DNA from: Eledone cirrhosa
Taxonomy: Eukaryota
Direction: 5' to 3'
Length of the DNA: 64,000 nucleotides
NCBI GenBank assembly: GCA_964016885.1
Contig: OZ024742.1
Location: 55,800,001 to 55,864,000 of the forward strand
How positions within the stretch are numbered: position 1 is the stretch's first letter; each line of letters opens with the position of its first letter. Positions 1-14,028 of the stretch are shown here, in pieces. The translations under genes and the position numbers were made by a program. Below the pieces are notes generated by a model, which saw only the letters and a list, made by a program, of their open reading frames with translations, had not been told where the DNA came from and ran no database searches.

Positions 1-190
1 ATGTAAAACTGAATATATAGTTGGTTTTATTTTGGTTTTTTCCTTGAGACATTTTATTTCATTGAGAAACAATTCTTACTTTATTAACGTTATCTCCCCT
101 ACTCATGTACATTAACACTTAAAAATATATATTCCGTATTGTGTTTCGTTGGCTTGGCTACAGCCGAAGCTTCGATTTTACTAAACTTCC

Positions 191-266
<76 letters not shown>

Positions 267-394
267 TGTGTTTGTTTGAAGTGCATGAGACAATTTCCAA
301 AATTAGATCATATACGAACTTTGTACATAACTTTCAACTCCCATTCGTTTCTATGTACAAACAAAACAAACATGTGAACTAGAGAGGATAGAAC

Positions 395-1200
395 CAATAC
401 TATTGATATTATTATGGGATCTTGTGACTCAGATCGGATCACTTATCAGGTTAGAATATATATTCTGACATACCTAAAAAGGAGATCTTCTGTTTGGGCG
501 GAGGACTGTACCGTCGTGACGCCCATTTTACATCAGCTAACTTTACTAATACTATGATAAAAAGGAAACAGAAATTCTTACAGACTTAGTCATACACTCG
601 GCATTCAAACTAGAAATAGAACAAAACAGGGAAATATTTAACTTCTTAGACATACCACCGGTTTTTACATCTGGATTATAGTACAATTAACACAAACCTA
701 AAGAACATGTTATTTAAATACCAATTACAACCAGCGTAGACCAGTATTGTTAAGATTGCTTCCACTAGAATCCCAAAACGACTTGCTATTTACAAAATAC
801 TCAATAGTAACTTTGATTATTATGAAACACTATCTAGGACAGGATGGAAAGAAAAACTGGAATACGCCCCGGATTATTTGACACACCAAAGGAAATTATA
901 GTTAATTAACCCATGCGAACAATTCCAGTTACCACCTCAATTCATGAATGCACCTATTTATCTATATACCCAAGAGAATATTCTACCTTGTTAATACAAA
1001 TACCATCATATGTAACACATTCTACTACCAATAAAATATTTCTAATAGGGTAAACCAACAAAGGGTATACAATCTTAAGGGCTGTAATAAACGATAAACA
1101 TGGTATACAAACAAGCGAGGTATCAATCAGAGTCAGACATGGTTTGCCAGAAATATGCAGTACCAAGTGGAGTAATATATAGATAATTACATCCTATTTT
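395..1200 (+). mobile_element. Highly decayed Penelope-like RT fragment
   Basis: Manual translation gives DIIMGSCDS, GGLYRRDA and NFLDI, matching the ITMGSxDS / GxYRDD / NFLD motifs of the other PLE copies in this window; many stops and frameshifts; ends approximate. Confidence 0.6.
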
Positions 1201-1659
1201 CGTATATATATATATATATACCCTGCTGAAACAGTCTCTTCTACGATGGCTCGGTCACGTACATCTTATGCCGGACAGGAAGACGCCAAAATACCTATAG
1301 CATGAGGAAATGGCCACCGGCACAAGAACACGAGGATCACTTAATCTTCGTTTCACAGAGATGTGAAGTTAATAAACCTGGACACCCATAGCAAGGTGGA
1401 GGTCACCAATTGTCGTCAACGATCGACACGAGTACTACGCAAGGGGGTGCAGCTAGCACCGGATAGATCATCTATAAATTCAGTCGCTGTATACAGGACT
1501 GCCACTTCCCCGTGGGCCTATACAGCCACAACAGTTACTGCAGCACGATCAAGCAGCTGACACAAATTTCTTCATGCGCAGATCCATGACTTTAGAGACC
1601 AACGGATGTTAATAATAATAATAATAATTATTATTATTATTATTATTATATATATATAT

Positions 1660-1762
1660 ATAACAATTGTTTCACTGCTAGAGTTGTCTAAAAATTGCTA
1701 AACACTAAAAGCAGTGGCAATCAATTTTAAATACGATGTTAACTCTATTAGATCTTCAGAAA
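1660..1762 (-). ncRNA. Type I hammerhead ribozyme with long stem II insert
   Basis: Reverse complement: TTT-CTGAAGA-TCTAATAGAGTT...AACTCTAGCAGT-GAAAC-AATT-GTT; palindromic stem III ACAATTGT; the 3' side of stem I runs into the TA tract. Confidence 0.65.
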
Positions 1763-4700
1763 ATGTTAAAAGAATATATATATGTAACCGGCAAATTTAA
1801 AAAATTCAAATTACATCATCAATAATAATTGTTTCTATTTTAGGCACCAATAATAATATTAATAAGAAAGATATAGAGAGAAAAGGGGGAAGAAAGGGAG
1901 ATAGATACAGTAAAGAAAGAAAGGAAAGAAAGGAGAAAGAAGAAGAAGGAAAAAGAAAAAGAAAAAGAGAAAGAAGAAGAAAATGGAGAAATTATTATAG
2001 ATAGAAATATAAAAAGAAGATATATTAAAGATTATGGTAGATAGAGGAGAAACAAACATAAGTAGAAATAACGTATGATAGAAAGAAGAATAGAGGGAGA
2101 AATAAATGAATAAACGTTAATACATGAATAAATGTAAATAAAAATAAAAGAAGATGTACAAAAAATATATGAAAAAATATATAAAAGAATATATAAAAAT
2201 TGATAAATAAATAAATAAATAATTAAATAAGTTATATCTACTGTCATATAAAAAGGTATAACATGTGAAAAATGAAGGATAAAAATAAATACGTAAAAGA
2301 AGTAAAAAGAGTAAAAATGTGCGAAGAATATTTAAACATTAAAATTATTAAGAATGGTTTTTGAGAATTGCTGAAATGTATGGAGAGAAAATAAGGTGAA
2401 AATATGATAATGTTAAATATATTTATGTATGTAGTGGTTATTTTAATAAATAAATAAATTAATTAGTTTTATGTTATATTATATGATAAAATATAATGAC
2501 AGAGATGAAATAAATTTAGGGAGAGAAATATAAAGATAAAGAGTGAAAAATAGAGATATATAAAATAAGAATGTAAATATAAGAGATTTTGATGTTGTTC
2601 TTTGATAGATGATGACAATTATAATTATAATTATAATTATAATGATGATAATGTTGATAATGTGATATCATAATAGATCTAAGTGGTACAATCTGGGTTA
2701 TGGAATAGATAAGATGGAATTAGTTGCCGATTTATGTAGACAAAAAATATTTTTTTCAATTTTACTGTTAAGAAGAATGTTGTTGTAATATAAAATTTGG
2801 AAAAGTTCCATATTACAGAGACCACAGTGGGACATACCAATTTGATATGCCTTTGCATTTGATAGCTTTGTCCAGCTGATTTTATATTCCATGTTTGCAT
2901 GTTTGAGTTGCCAGATTTTATTGGCGAGAGTCGTTGTCTTTGAGAGATTCCTGTTAGTCATAGAGTATCTATGTACGTACCACCTTTACTTAAACTCCCC
3001 AGCTGTGGAACCAATGTAATGCCATGCTAAGCTACTTGAATTTATAGTACATAGGTATACTATATTTGTCTCTAGGCATCTATTTTGTAAAGGGCATTTG
3101 TCAGGTAGATGGCAGTTACATTTAGATGCTTTTCTATGCGTCGGTTCTGCTATATGGTTTTGTAGGTTGCTATGTATGGGCTGAGAATTGGGTTTGTTAA
3201 TGTATTGTGGTGATGTACTCTGACGTGTGTTTGATTGTGATGATGTTATATGCTTATGTTTTGTATTAGGTGTTATGGTACTTTTTTGCGGGCCACTTGT
3301 ATTATAAATTCTTTTGTAGTTAATTTTATGTATGCGCGATTCTATGCTGTTGGTAGTGGAGTAGGATAGTTTGATAGTTTTTCTATTAAACATTTTATGA
3401 TATTTATGAATTTTAGGGTAATGTTTGTCAATTAATTTGAAGAAAATGTAAGGTAGCTTAGTTTTTATAGAGGAGTTAAACAGTGGATTGAACCATAAGT
3501 AGTTTCTATTTCTGCATCTTCTATAGTTATTAGTCGTCTTTGTATTAGTATTCTGTTCCTTTAATTTACGTGCTTGTTGCCAATTGTTACGTTTAGTCCT
3601 AGGTTTGTTGTTTCTATAGGTGTGGATGGTGCTATTAATATTAAGTGTGTTGTTATTATTTGTATCTGGTATGTATTTGAGTCTTTCTTTATGGCCTGCC
3701 TTACGTAAAGCTATGTTGTAGTAGTTAGCGTGTTCATTAAACATTTCTAAGGAACTATGTGCTATGGAGTTAATTATGGATCGAGGGCGATTAGAGTTAT
3801 AATCAATGTAAGCTAAAATTTCATTATTTTTATGGAAAGGTTCTATTAGTCCTGAGTTAAGGTTGAGCAATAGATCTAAGAAGTTAGCTTATTTAGAGTT
3901 GGGTTCAAAAGTGATGTTGAGGCCTAAATTATTAAATAATTTTCTAATCTTTTTCCTTAATCTTTCTAAGTTTTGATTATTTAAGTTTTTAACTAAAAGT
4001 AGTGTATCGTCTCTATAGAGACTTGTAGGTTATCAAATTCCCTATGTAAGAAATGTGGTATATAAATTCCAACAATGTCTGTAAGTTGGGCTGAATCATT
4101 TGATCCCATAGTTATATCGAAGTTATTCTGTCTATTTTTTCTCTCCCAGTAACTATTGTTGAATGTAATGATTGTTCTTCTAGCAGCTAGTATTATTTTA
4201 CTTTAATCTGGTGAAAGGTCAGAGTTTTTTGTGCAAAAGATAGTGCCTTATTTAGGGTAACTGGGGAAATAGAAAAGTAGTAGTCATTTATGTCAAATTG
4301 TATAAAGTCGGAAGATTTTCTATTGTCTAATTTATTAAACCAATCTATTGCTTTATTTGTGTTACCCCAGATATTGATTATTAGTTGTTCTTTAATTTGT
4401 GGTATTATTCTATCTATTATAAACTTGCTGGTTCTGCCTATATATCATTTTGATGGACATATTAATCTAATAGTAGAGTTAGTTTCGAAGTTACATTTAT
4501 GATCCTTCAGATTAAAAGTGGGTTTACAAGAGGTTAGAGATGCTGTTCTATCGGATATTTTAAGTTTCTTTTACTATGTTAAGACCTTCCTTGTTAATGC
4601 TATTGAGTGTAGACTCTGTAGTTTTCTTGTATTTTTTATGTAATTCCCGGCGTATAAAATTGTTGTATGTATACATTTGATGTTTTGTCTGCCTTTACTA

Positions 4701-4900
4701 TAATACTGTTGGTGCTACGTAATTATTTTAGTAGTGCATTGGCGTTATTTTGCAGTTTGTTATGATGTGTTCGTTTTTTTAATTTAATTTATTTTATCAT
4801 GTTCATAAGGTCAAGTTCAAAGGCATCAAGTTGTGGGTTGCTTGGTGGATTTTGCAGGATCTAAACCGTAATTTTTCACTGGTAGACCCATTATTTCTAT
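1660..4900 (-). mobile_element. Penelope-like retroelement (Naiad-like), 5'-truncated, frameshifted RT + GIY-YIG, 3' tail ending in a hammerhead at (TA)n
   Basis: Minus strand reads KADKT, KDHK, IRLICPSK, IQFDINDY, ITMGSNDS, YRDD, NFLD; ORF 2986-3870 has WFNP and CNCHLPDKCPL...IVY...YIGST; ORF 2698-2961 has TTLANKIW and CGLCNMEL...CLH. Confidence 0.9.
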
Positions 4901-4956
4901 CATTATTCTAATTTCCTTTATCGTAATGAGTCAAGCAACGCCGTACTCTAAAACTA

Positions 4957-5022
<66 letters not shown>

Positions 5023-5028
5023 TATATG

Positions 5029-5615
5029 AATAAAAATAGACCAATAGATAACATGTTCTCATCAGTAGTCTACTGATTATCGTTGGTAGTTCGACGCATT
5101 AAAGACTAGATACCTAAAATCAGTGCGAGCGATAACTCATTTAAGTTATCGGGACAATGGGAAAACAGAGGGAAGGAAACAAACACATGGTAGTATGCAA
5201 CGTAAAGAGAGGAAAATAGAGACAAGTCAATGAATCCTGTGGGCTTAAGTCCGACAAATCAAATTGACGAGGAGAAATAGACGCATCCGAGCCGCGAGAA
5301 GATTGAGAGAAGAAAGAAATTCAAGCAGGTCAGACGGGAGGAAGTGAGAGAGGGGGAGAAGCAGAGAGGGAGTGAGTGAAAGTGTGAGAAAGGGGCCAGC
5401 CGAGAGTGAGTGACCAGCAGCGGGAGTTGAGGAAGGCAAGAGGTGAGGGAGAGAGAACAGGTGATAGCTGTAAAGTGACAGAAAAAATACGAACCACAGC
5501 GAAGGGGAAAAATATGTGAATGAAGAATGGCGTGACGCGTTGTTGCGAACATGAACATATTAATAAAAATAGACCAAGATATAAAATGTCCTCATCAGTA
5601 GTCTGCTGATTATCG
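5029..5615. repeat. Partial tandem non-coding unit (~530 bp) with terminal direct repeat, between (TA)n tracts
   Basis: AATAAAAATAGACCAA...CTCATCAGTAGTCT(A/G)CTGATTATCG at 5029-5082 and 5562-5615. Confidence 0.7.
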
Positions 5616-5723
<108 letters not shown>

Positions 5724-6276
5724 TGTGTTTGCCAATTCAATACAGAGAAGAAAAGAGCAGGTTAACCACCATGTACAATTTTACACAATATTATTGTCCA
5801 GGATATTAAGACTTCCAGATAAAAGAAAACTTCCGACCGTTCACTTACTCTTCAGTAATGCAGTCTTAATTTCACTCTACACTGGAATGTTTACTTATTT
5901 TTACAGCATACACAGTGGGACATCTTTTATAATGTTGTTAGGTTAAGTAAAATGCAAAACTTTTCACAATCTACGTAACAAAGAGTAGTGTTTCAACCAG
6001 CATATTTTATCCCTTATATATACAAACGAGTATTTCATTATATGTAGATCTTTTAACTCGCCTGCGACATAATCATTTATTTTCTATACATAACAATCAT
6101 TTGCACTTGCATTTGGAATTGTGTATAGGTTACTAAAAATCCTCTACAAAATAGTATTCTTAGGCTGTGTGTACTTACTCCGTAAGTACACACACCTACA
6201 TTGACACACAAAAACACGCAAGCGTACATACACACATTCATGTATATATATAACACACACACATATCTATATATAC

Positions 6277-6826
<550 letters not shown>

Positions 6827-6914
6827 CTACAACGGCTAAGAATTCCTAAGCCTTGTTGGATTACTGCTGCATCAAGGAAACTGATTAACATTGAGATTCT
6901 ATCATCTTTACCAG

Positions 6915-7135
6915 GTTACCCGGACATGCTCACCGGCATACAGAGTTGACACTACACTCAGTGTTCCTGTGGGAGCCCCTGCATGGACAAATTGGAAGAG
7001 GAAGACCGGGGTTGACATAAGTTAATGCCATAAGGACAGACAGTGGTCTCTTGGAGGCTCAGGACATGGCAGCGATGATGAGGGACACAGACCGCTGGAG
7101 AGAACTCGGCCATGGATCTCGGGGAATTTTACCCG

Positions 7136-7139
<4 letters not shown>
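6915..7139 (+). mobile_element. RTE-clade LINE 3' end fragment
   Basis: GHAHRH...WEPLHG..GRGRP and RDTDRWREL; same 3' terminus (ATTTTACCCGCC) as 37327-37620; followed by (TA)n. Confidence 0.8.
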
Positions 7140-7191
<52 letters not shown>

Positions 7192-7198
7192 ATTTTGA

Positions 7199-7830
7199 CT
7201 ATATGTTGGTTGTTTACCGACATCTCAGTATGCAGATTGGAGCTTCGACGAAATACGCAGGTTGGTTTGTTTACTCCGGAGTAATGTAAAATAATTAACT
7301 AAAATATGTAAAATTTGGCTTCGTTTATTACAAATTATAGATATACTGCTATATATATTTAGGTGACAGCCATCATTCGCTGTGACCTCTTCAGGCAGTC
7401 CGAATTGGTGTGGGAAAGACAGGTACACATGTTGTTGAAGTGTGTTTTACTCCGTCAATCCATCGATATGTCCAGCTCCTGGTAGTGTTGTTATTCCCCT
7501 GAGGAACTGAAATCATATGGGTTACAGCAAACGAATTTCGGCGTCATAGGACACTCTCGCATCCCATTGGTCAGTTGTGAGGACATTCCTCAGTCAAAAG
7601 TGTATAGACATTTTTCTGAGGCAAGACAATCTGTTGTAGTAGTTGTTGTTTAAGCACAGCTGACCTCCTCCATTGTGTTGGTAGTGGTAGTGGTGTTAAG
7701 GGGTCAGCTGGCAGGTCAGCTTTAGTGTGCTGCTGCTATGTTCCGAAAAATGTGTGTATGTAGGTTAGCATCTATTCTGCCACCATTTAACGTGGTGAGG
7801 GAGGGGGGGGGGGGGCAAACGAAAAAATAT
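7199..7830 (-). repeat. Hammerhead-bearing pLTR-like family C copy (ribozyme GAAA mutated to TAAA)
   Basis: Clear similarity to 8975-9200, 18465-19250 and 20450-20947. Confidence 0.8.
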
Positions 7831-8195
7831 TAATAATAAATGCGTGTGTGTTACCACCAATATCAAAATTTAAAAGATTTGAAAAATATTATAAAAATAT
7901 TAACTCAAGTAGAAAACCTCTGTGTCAGAATATCGAGAAGTGTAAAGAATTACAATTCTTACACTATCATCGAGTGGTGCGTTTTAAGAGCTAATGAGAT
8001 AAAAGTGGAGTGTAAACACCAAAAACTTTAGTGTCAAAATCCTGAAATGAAAAGGACTACAGTTCCTATTCGGCATAAAATACACCTGCGTGTCAACGCA
8101 CATCGTTGCAAGCACACGCGCACAAACACAGGGTCAGGTGCATTCCATATATATATATATATATACACACACACATATTAAATACACACACACAC

Positions 8196-8260
<65 letters not shown>

Positions 8261-8269
<9 letters not shown>

Positions 8270-8492
8270 GACGTAAAATAAGATAATTTTAAAAATTAAA
8301 AATTAACTTATATACTAAAATTTTCACTCCAACTAATTAGTTTCTGTAATGGGATAAAGATAGTTACGCAATATGGTTACATTGCGTAACTATCTTTATC
8401 CCATTACAGAAACTAATTAGTTGGAGTGAAAATTTTAGTAAGTAAGTTAATTTTTAATTTTTAAAAGTTTCTTATTTTACGTCTTTCATATA
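8261..8492. repeat. Near-perfect ~110 bp-arm palindrome containing a hammerhead 3' half
   Basis: Arms 8261-8372 and 8381-8492; GAAAC-TAATTA-GTT at 8409-8422. Confidence 0.85.
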
Positions 8493-8596
8493 ATTGTTCT
8501 GCATCCTCTTGCATTGAGCCACCTAGGTACTATGACATAACTTATGTATTTGCTAGCATTAGTGTACATCTGTACGCATATGTTGGTAAATATACT

Positions 8597-8705
<109 letters not shown>

Positions 8706-8844
8706 TTATATACATACACATACATGTACGTATCTATGTATGTATAATTTTAAAAAAATAGTATCTATGTATGGTCATATGTATAAGTATGTGTTGTTAT
8801 AGGAGTCGATCGAGGCAGGAGTGGTCAGTGTGCAGAGGGTGGTT

Positions 8845-9200
8845 TACCTTTGTCTTATGACGCCGAAATTCGTTTCCTCTAACCCATATGATGGCTGTCA
8901 CCGAAATATATATAGCAGTATATCTCTAATTTGTAATTAACGAAGCCAAATTTTAGATATTTGACTTAATTATTTTATATATAAAATAAAAGTCAAATGT
9001 TTAAAATTTAGCTTCGTTTATTACTGCTATATATATTTCGGTGACAGCCATCTTTGCTGTGACCTGTTCAGGCAGTCCGAATTAGTGTGGTATAGACAAG
9101 TACATATGTTGTTGAGGTGTATAATTTTGTCAATGCTCTGATATGCCCAGTTCCTGGTTGGGTTGTTATTTCACTGAGGAACTGGAATCATATTGTGTTA
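8845..9200. repeat. Family C fragments in opposite orientations
   Basis: GGCTGTCACCGAAATATATATAGCAGT on + near 8893; minus copy at 9023-9076 with core CTGAACA. Confidence 0.75.
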
Positions 9201-9217
9201 TACAACCAACATATACT

Positions 9218-9317
<100 letters not shown>

Positions 9318-9504
9318 TAAAATAACAGATTTAATAAATATTTGCTCTAGGGTTCTTATATATTTGATATATATTTATCCTTATCGAGCCCTCTTTGGAT
9401 TTTAGTTTTCAAATTTATTATTATTACTATATATATATATGCTCCAGAATGGCCTCAGCCGGATGGCTGAAACAGGTAAAAGGGTAAAAGAGTATATATA
9501 TATA

Positions 9505-10772
9505 TATATGTAAATCTTTATATTTGATAATCTGAGATGCAATTTGGGCCATATTGGCCTGCGCTTTCTAGCAACCAGTCCACTCGCCGTAAGCCACCAA
9601 TCACATTCTTTCTGACTTGACCACTGCCACGTCACAGTTCTTAGCCATTTTGAATTCGTTTCTGGCGGGGATCATTTAAGAAAAATCTTTGTGCAAGTGA
9701 GTTTGTTTCCTGATGAGTTTGAAGCTCGCGAATTTGTACTTGATAGGATATTTCCGAAAGCGAACGAAACCCTAAGGGTAGAAACAAATCCTGGTATGTG
9801 TATATGCATTTTTTCTTCTAACTTTAAATGTATACCTAATTGTGTATTGTTGACGGTATATTTAATCGATTTTAACGTGTTATTGAAATGTTGGGTAAAT
9901 ATTCTATGACGGTTGATCGCGAATAGATTGGTGTCGTTTATTTATCTACTGTTTATTCATAGGTGCCTTTTAATCTTATAGTCTTGTTTAATTGTTTTGT
10001 TTTTTTTTGTGTAGTTGATTATGCTAATTGGGAGAGGAAATGGTGTATATATATTATGAAATGATTCTATGGACATGCTTTATAGTATATTGCTCTGATT
10101 ATTTAATTTATTAATTCATCATTGAACCACATCGTGAATGGTTGCCAAAACATATATATCTGTGAGTTTGTCTAGTTTGTGTATATGTAAATCTTTATAT
10201 TTGATAATCTCCCATAAGGTTGAGATGCAATTTGGGCCATATTGGGCTGCGCTTTCTAGCAACCAACCCACTTGCCGTAAGCCACCAATCACATTCTTTC
10301 TGAGTTGACCACTGCCATTTCACAGTTCTTAGCCATTTTGAATTCGTTTCTGGCGGGGATTATTTAAGAAAAATCTTTGTCCAAATGAGTTTGTTTCCTG
10401 ATGAGTTCGAAGCTCGAGAATTTATCCTTAATAGGATATTTCCGAAAGCGAACGAACCCTGAGGGTAGAAAAAAATCCTGGTATGTGTATATGCATTTTT
10501 TCTTCTAACTTTAATTTTATACCTAATTGTGTATGGTTGACGGTATATTTAATCGATTTCCACGTGTTATTGAAATGTTGGGTAAATATTCTATGGTGGT
10601 TGATTGCGAATAGATTGCTGACGTTTATTTATCTACTGTTTCTTCATAGGTGCCTTTTAATCTTATAGCCTGGTTTAATTTTTTTTTTGTGTGTGTGGTT
10701 GATTATGCTAATTGTGTGAGGAAATGGTGTATATATATTATCAAATGATACTATGGACATGCTTTATAGTAT
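9505..10772. repeat. Head-to-tail tandem repeat, ~680 bp unit (family F)
   Basis: TGTAAATCTTTATATTTGATAATCT at 9509 and 10186; a diverged relative is at 26830-28075. Confidence 0.85.
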
Positions 10773-10787
10773 ATATATATATATACA

Positions 10788-11800
10788 TTAGGTGGGAACA
10801 AAAGTTATGTTTATTGTTTAAGACTCAGTATAACAATAAAAACACAATATCAGATTTATTTAATCGATAATGTAGTCACCATTATTCTGTATGACCTCTC
10901 TCCATTTCTCATTAAGCTTTTTCATACCACGTTTATAGCTTTATTTATGTTTTGGATAAAAAGAGGAAACTAACAACTTTTCGATCTCTTCTCTTGAAGT
11001 AAGTCTTAATCCATTCAAATGTGTTTGCAAACCTATAAAGAAATATTTCAGGGAATATGGTGGGTGAAGCATAATTTCTCAGGCATATTTTTCTAGATCT
11101 TAGATACTTTGTGTAGTGTTTAGTCTAGATGAATCCTTTTTCTATTTCTTAATGCAAATCTGCTTTCAAACGGACGTGAAAGCCATAAAGAGGCCCGTGA
11201 GTCTTGCAAAGCTGTTTTCAAACGTCCTAGCATTTGACAAAAGACTTCAGCTCTTATTGAATTATCCCCCGCATATACCATCACATTCAGAACCTTCCAG
11301 GGATGCAGGCCATTTCAAGCTGCTGAGCTGGTTCTTCACCACTATTAAGCCACTGACGTGTTCGTTTAACATTTTGGTAAAATATACATATATTAAATAT
11401 ACAGTCATGCTCTGTTTCAAAAAGATATTTATACCTTACGGGAACGCAATGATTCGCAGCAATCAACACGTTGTTTGCGAATGTCAGTAGAGAGATCGTG
11501 CAGACACAACATTTAACACTTTACCAAATCCTTTCAGTTCACGATGAATCTTGGTATACCGCACATTGACGTCTATGCTTAGTTCTCGTAATATAATGGT
11601 CGGGTTTGAAACAACAGTGGCTTCTAATGCATCAGAATCCAGCCCTCCTGGAACCATTCTCATGATTCATCTTGCAGGCTGTAGTTACCATTTCTGAATC
11701 GTGATAATCTCCTACATAGTCTTTTAATCACTACGCCGCCATATCCACAAAGTTTTATTTGAATAAAGAACAGGTAAACCACAGCAGCTTTGTTAATTTC
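10788..11800 (-). mobile_element. Decayed Tc1/mariner transposon, internally interrupted or deleted
   Basis: Minus strand reads HPPYS, a mariner-like C-terminus (KL.EKW..V..NGDYI) and N-terminal RFRNGNYSLQDE; begins TTAGGTGG next to a TA tract. Confidence 0.65.
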
Positions 11801-11849
11801 GTTTATCTTAAATCGTACAACACGTATATATATATATATATATATATAT

Positions 11850-12276
11850 TAGGTTATGCAAGAAATGCTTAGGATTATCCTGAATGCAGTAATGGTTAAT
11901 TACTACACTAGATAGAGTTCACGTACAGTGAGGGTACTCAACGAGTTATGAAAGAATAGTTGAAGAAACTCAGTTTCTGATCCTTCTGTATTATTCCGGA
12001 GTGTAGATAAAGAATGAATAATAACAGGTAGACATCATAAAAAAGGTAATTTATTCCGAGTGCTTACAAATGTGTCAACAGTAGTTATACAACATAGTCA
12101 TGGTATGTGCAAATTGGTAATTATTTGTAATTATTTGCAGAAACTCAATTTTAAAATGTTGCTTCTACCGTTTCCTCGGAGCAGAATGGTTAAAATGTAA
12201 ATACCTTTGTATTTCTTAAAGGAAGTTATTGTGGAAGATAGAGTAGAAAAGGAAGAGAGAAAGAAGGGAAGAGGGA

Positions 12277-12347
<71 letters not shown>

Positions 12348-13620
12348 GTAGGGGTTGGAGAAATAAGAGAGGGTGGTTTGAAGAATACAGATAGCTTAAT
12401 CAAAATGTTGTGGTAGGGGTTTTATTATATTGTTTATTCTCAAAGTGACAACCTTAGGCTTTGTGCTGATATAGTCAAGTTTGGAATTATTTATTGCCAC
12501 AGAGAGCAGGTTCATAGATGTGGAGAGGGATGGAGGTAGACCGAGGGCGAGAGAGAGAGTGAGAGAGAGAGAAAACGTAAGAGAGATAGAGAGGAGGCAG
12601 ACGAAAGCTACGAGATGGGGGTACATCAAGTTCATAGTTGTAGTCTACAAATCGCACTCTTGTAGTGCGGGGTAGAGGATATAGTTAGGAAGTAGTAATT
12701 AGTTAACGAGAAGGCGATGTTTTAGTCTCGGGTTCGAATGTTAAGTTATTTTATAGTGAGAGAATTTAGCCTTCAGTTTGTGGTTGCAGTATAACGATCC
12801 TTCGATTCTGTCATTTAGTAATTTTGGGGGGATTTTAAGATATAAAAGAGTTCAAGCTTGCATAATCTGCAGTACTTCAATCCACTCCGATATGCGCTAG
12901 CGCTGGAGAGTTTATTCCATTTCAAGGTGAACTGCCGGTTGCATTCACGGAGTTGCCAGGTCTTATTTGCTAGCGTAGTCATAAGACGGTGTTTAGGATG
13001 TTTAATCGAAAATCGATAACGATACCAGCGATATTTAAAGGAGGTAGTGATAGACTCGATGTAATACCATTTCTGGTCGTTCTATTTGACAGTGCATTGA
13101 TAAACAATGTTGGACTCTAGGCATTTATTCTTCAATGGGTATCTTTCGGGTAGGTGGCAGTTGCAGTTTTTTGTTGTGGGTAGCAGGTATACCATGGATA
13201 GGTTCGGATAACAGTTCAGGTGGGTTGTGTAATACCCGTCTCCCATTTGGTGGTTGGGAGGCCGATATTACGTTATGCTCATCTGTTACTAAAATATTTT
13301 CTTTTGTAGTGTTGTTCCATAATTGCTTTAAGTTAAGTTTTTTTTATATATGCTTCAAGGTTTGGTGCCGTGGAGTATGATAGCTTAAAGTCTTAGAGTT
13401 TAGAATCTTACTGTATTTATGGGAACTAGGGAAATGTTTGTTAATTAACTTAAAGTATGTAAGAGATAGTTTTGTACTAATCGAAGCATTAATAATGGGA
13501 TTATACCAGATATACTTTCTACAACGTAATTTATTTGAGTTTGGTGATGATATTCTGTTACTAGTATGTCTGGTGGTACTGCGTGTGTGCGCTTGTATTT
13601 ATGTACCCCGGTTACATATT
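11850..13620 (-). mobile_element. Penelope-like element 3' part (GIY-YIG and tail), decayed
   Basis: WYNP, NCNCHLPERYPL, WYYIESIT.SFKYRWY, TTLANKTWQL, YCRLCKLELF; homologous to 45128-45748. Confidence 0.85.
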
Positions 13621-13649
13621 CTTTGATTTCGTGTGTAGCTATGTGCGTT

Positions 13650-13906
13650 CCTTTGTCAGTGTTGAACAAACGAGCAACGATAGTTGCTACACACTACGGC
13701 TTAATACGGGATGTTTGCTTACAAACACACCGAGCATTATAATAAATGTTCGGTGAATCCATACGTACTATTTATATATGTGTGCATGTATGTATATATA
13801 TGTACATACTACTGTACGTCTGTATACATATATGTATGTACGTGTACATGCTTATATTTAAGTAACAGCCGTACTAAGAGTGGGAAATGAAATTTCGTTT
13901 CATTTT
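13650..13906. repeat. Diverged fragment of retrozyme-like family B
   Basis: GTCAGTGTTGAACAAA ... GTACTAAGAGTG.GAAATGAAATTTCGTTT shared with 35640-35880. Confidence 0.7.
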
Positions 13907-13911
13907 TTCCC

Positions 13912-13961
13912 TTTATATATATATATATATGTGTGTGTATGTATATGTGTGTGTATATATG

Positions 13962-14028
<67 letters not shown>

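Noticed and set aside
2698-4900. Selenocysteine recoding in the Naiad-like copies
   Set aside because: Conserved Cys positions (CNC..CP, CxLC) are normal Cys codons; the TGA after ICPSK aligns with Ser in the 47 kb copy.
9706-9740. CTGATGAG in family F as a hammerhead
   Set aside because: No properly placed GAAA, stem III or NUH; the 27 kb copies read CTGATGAT.
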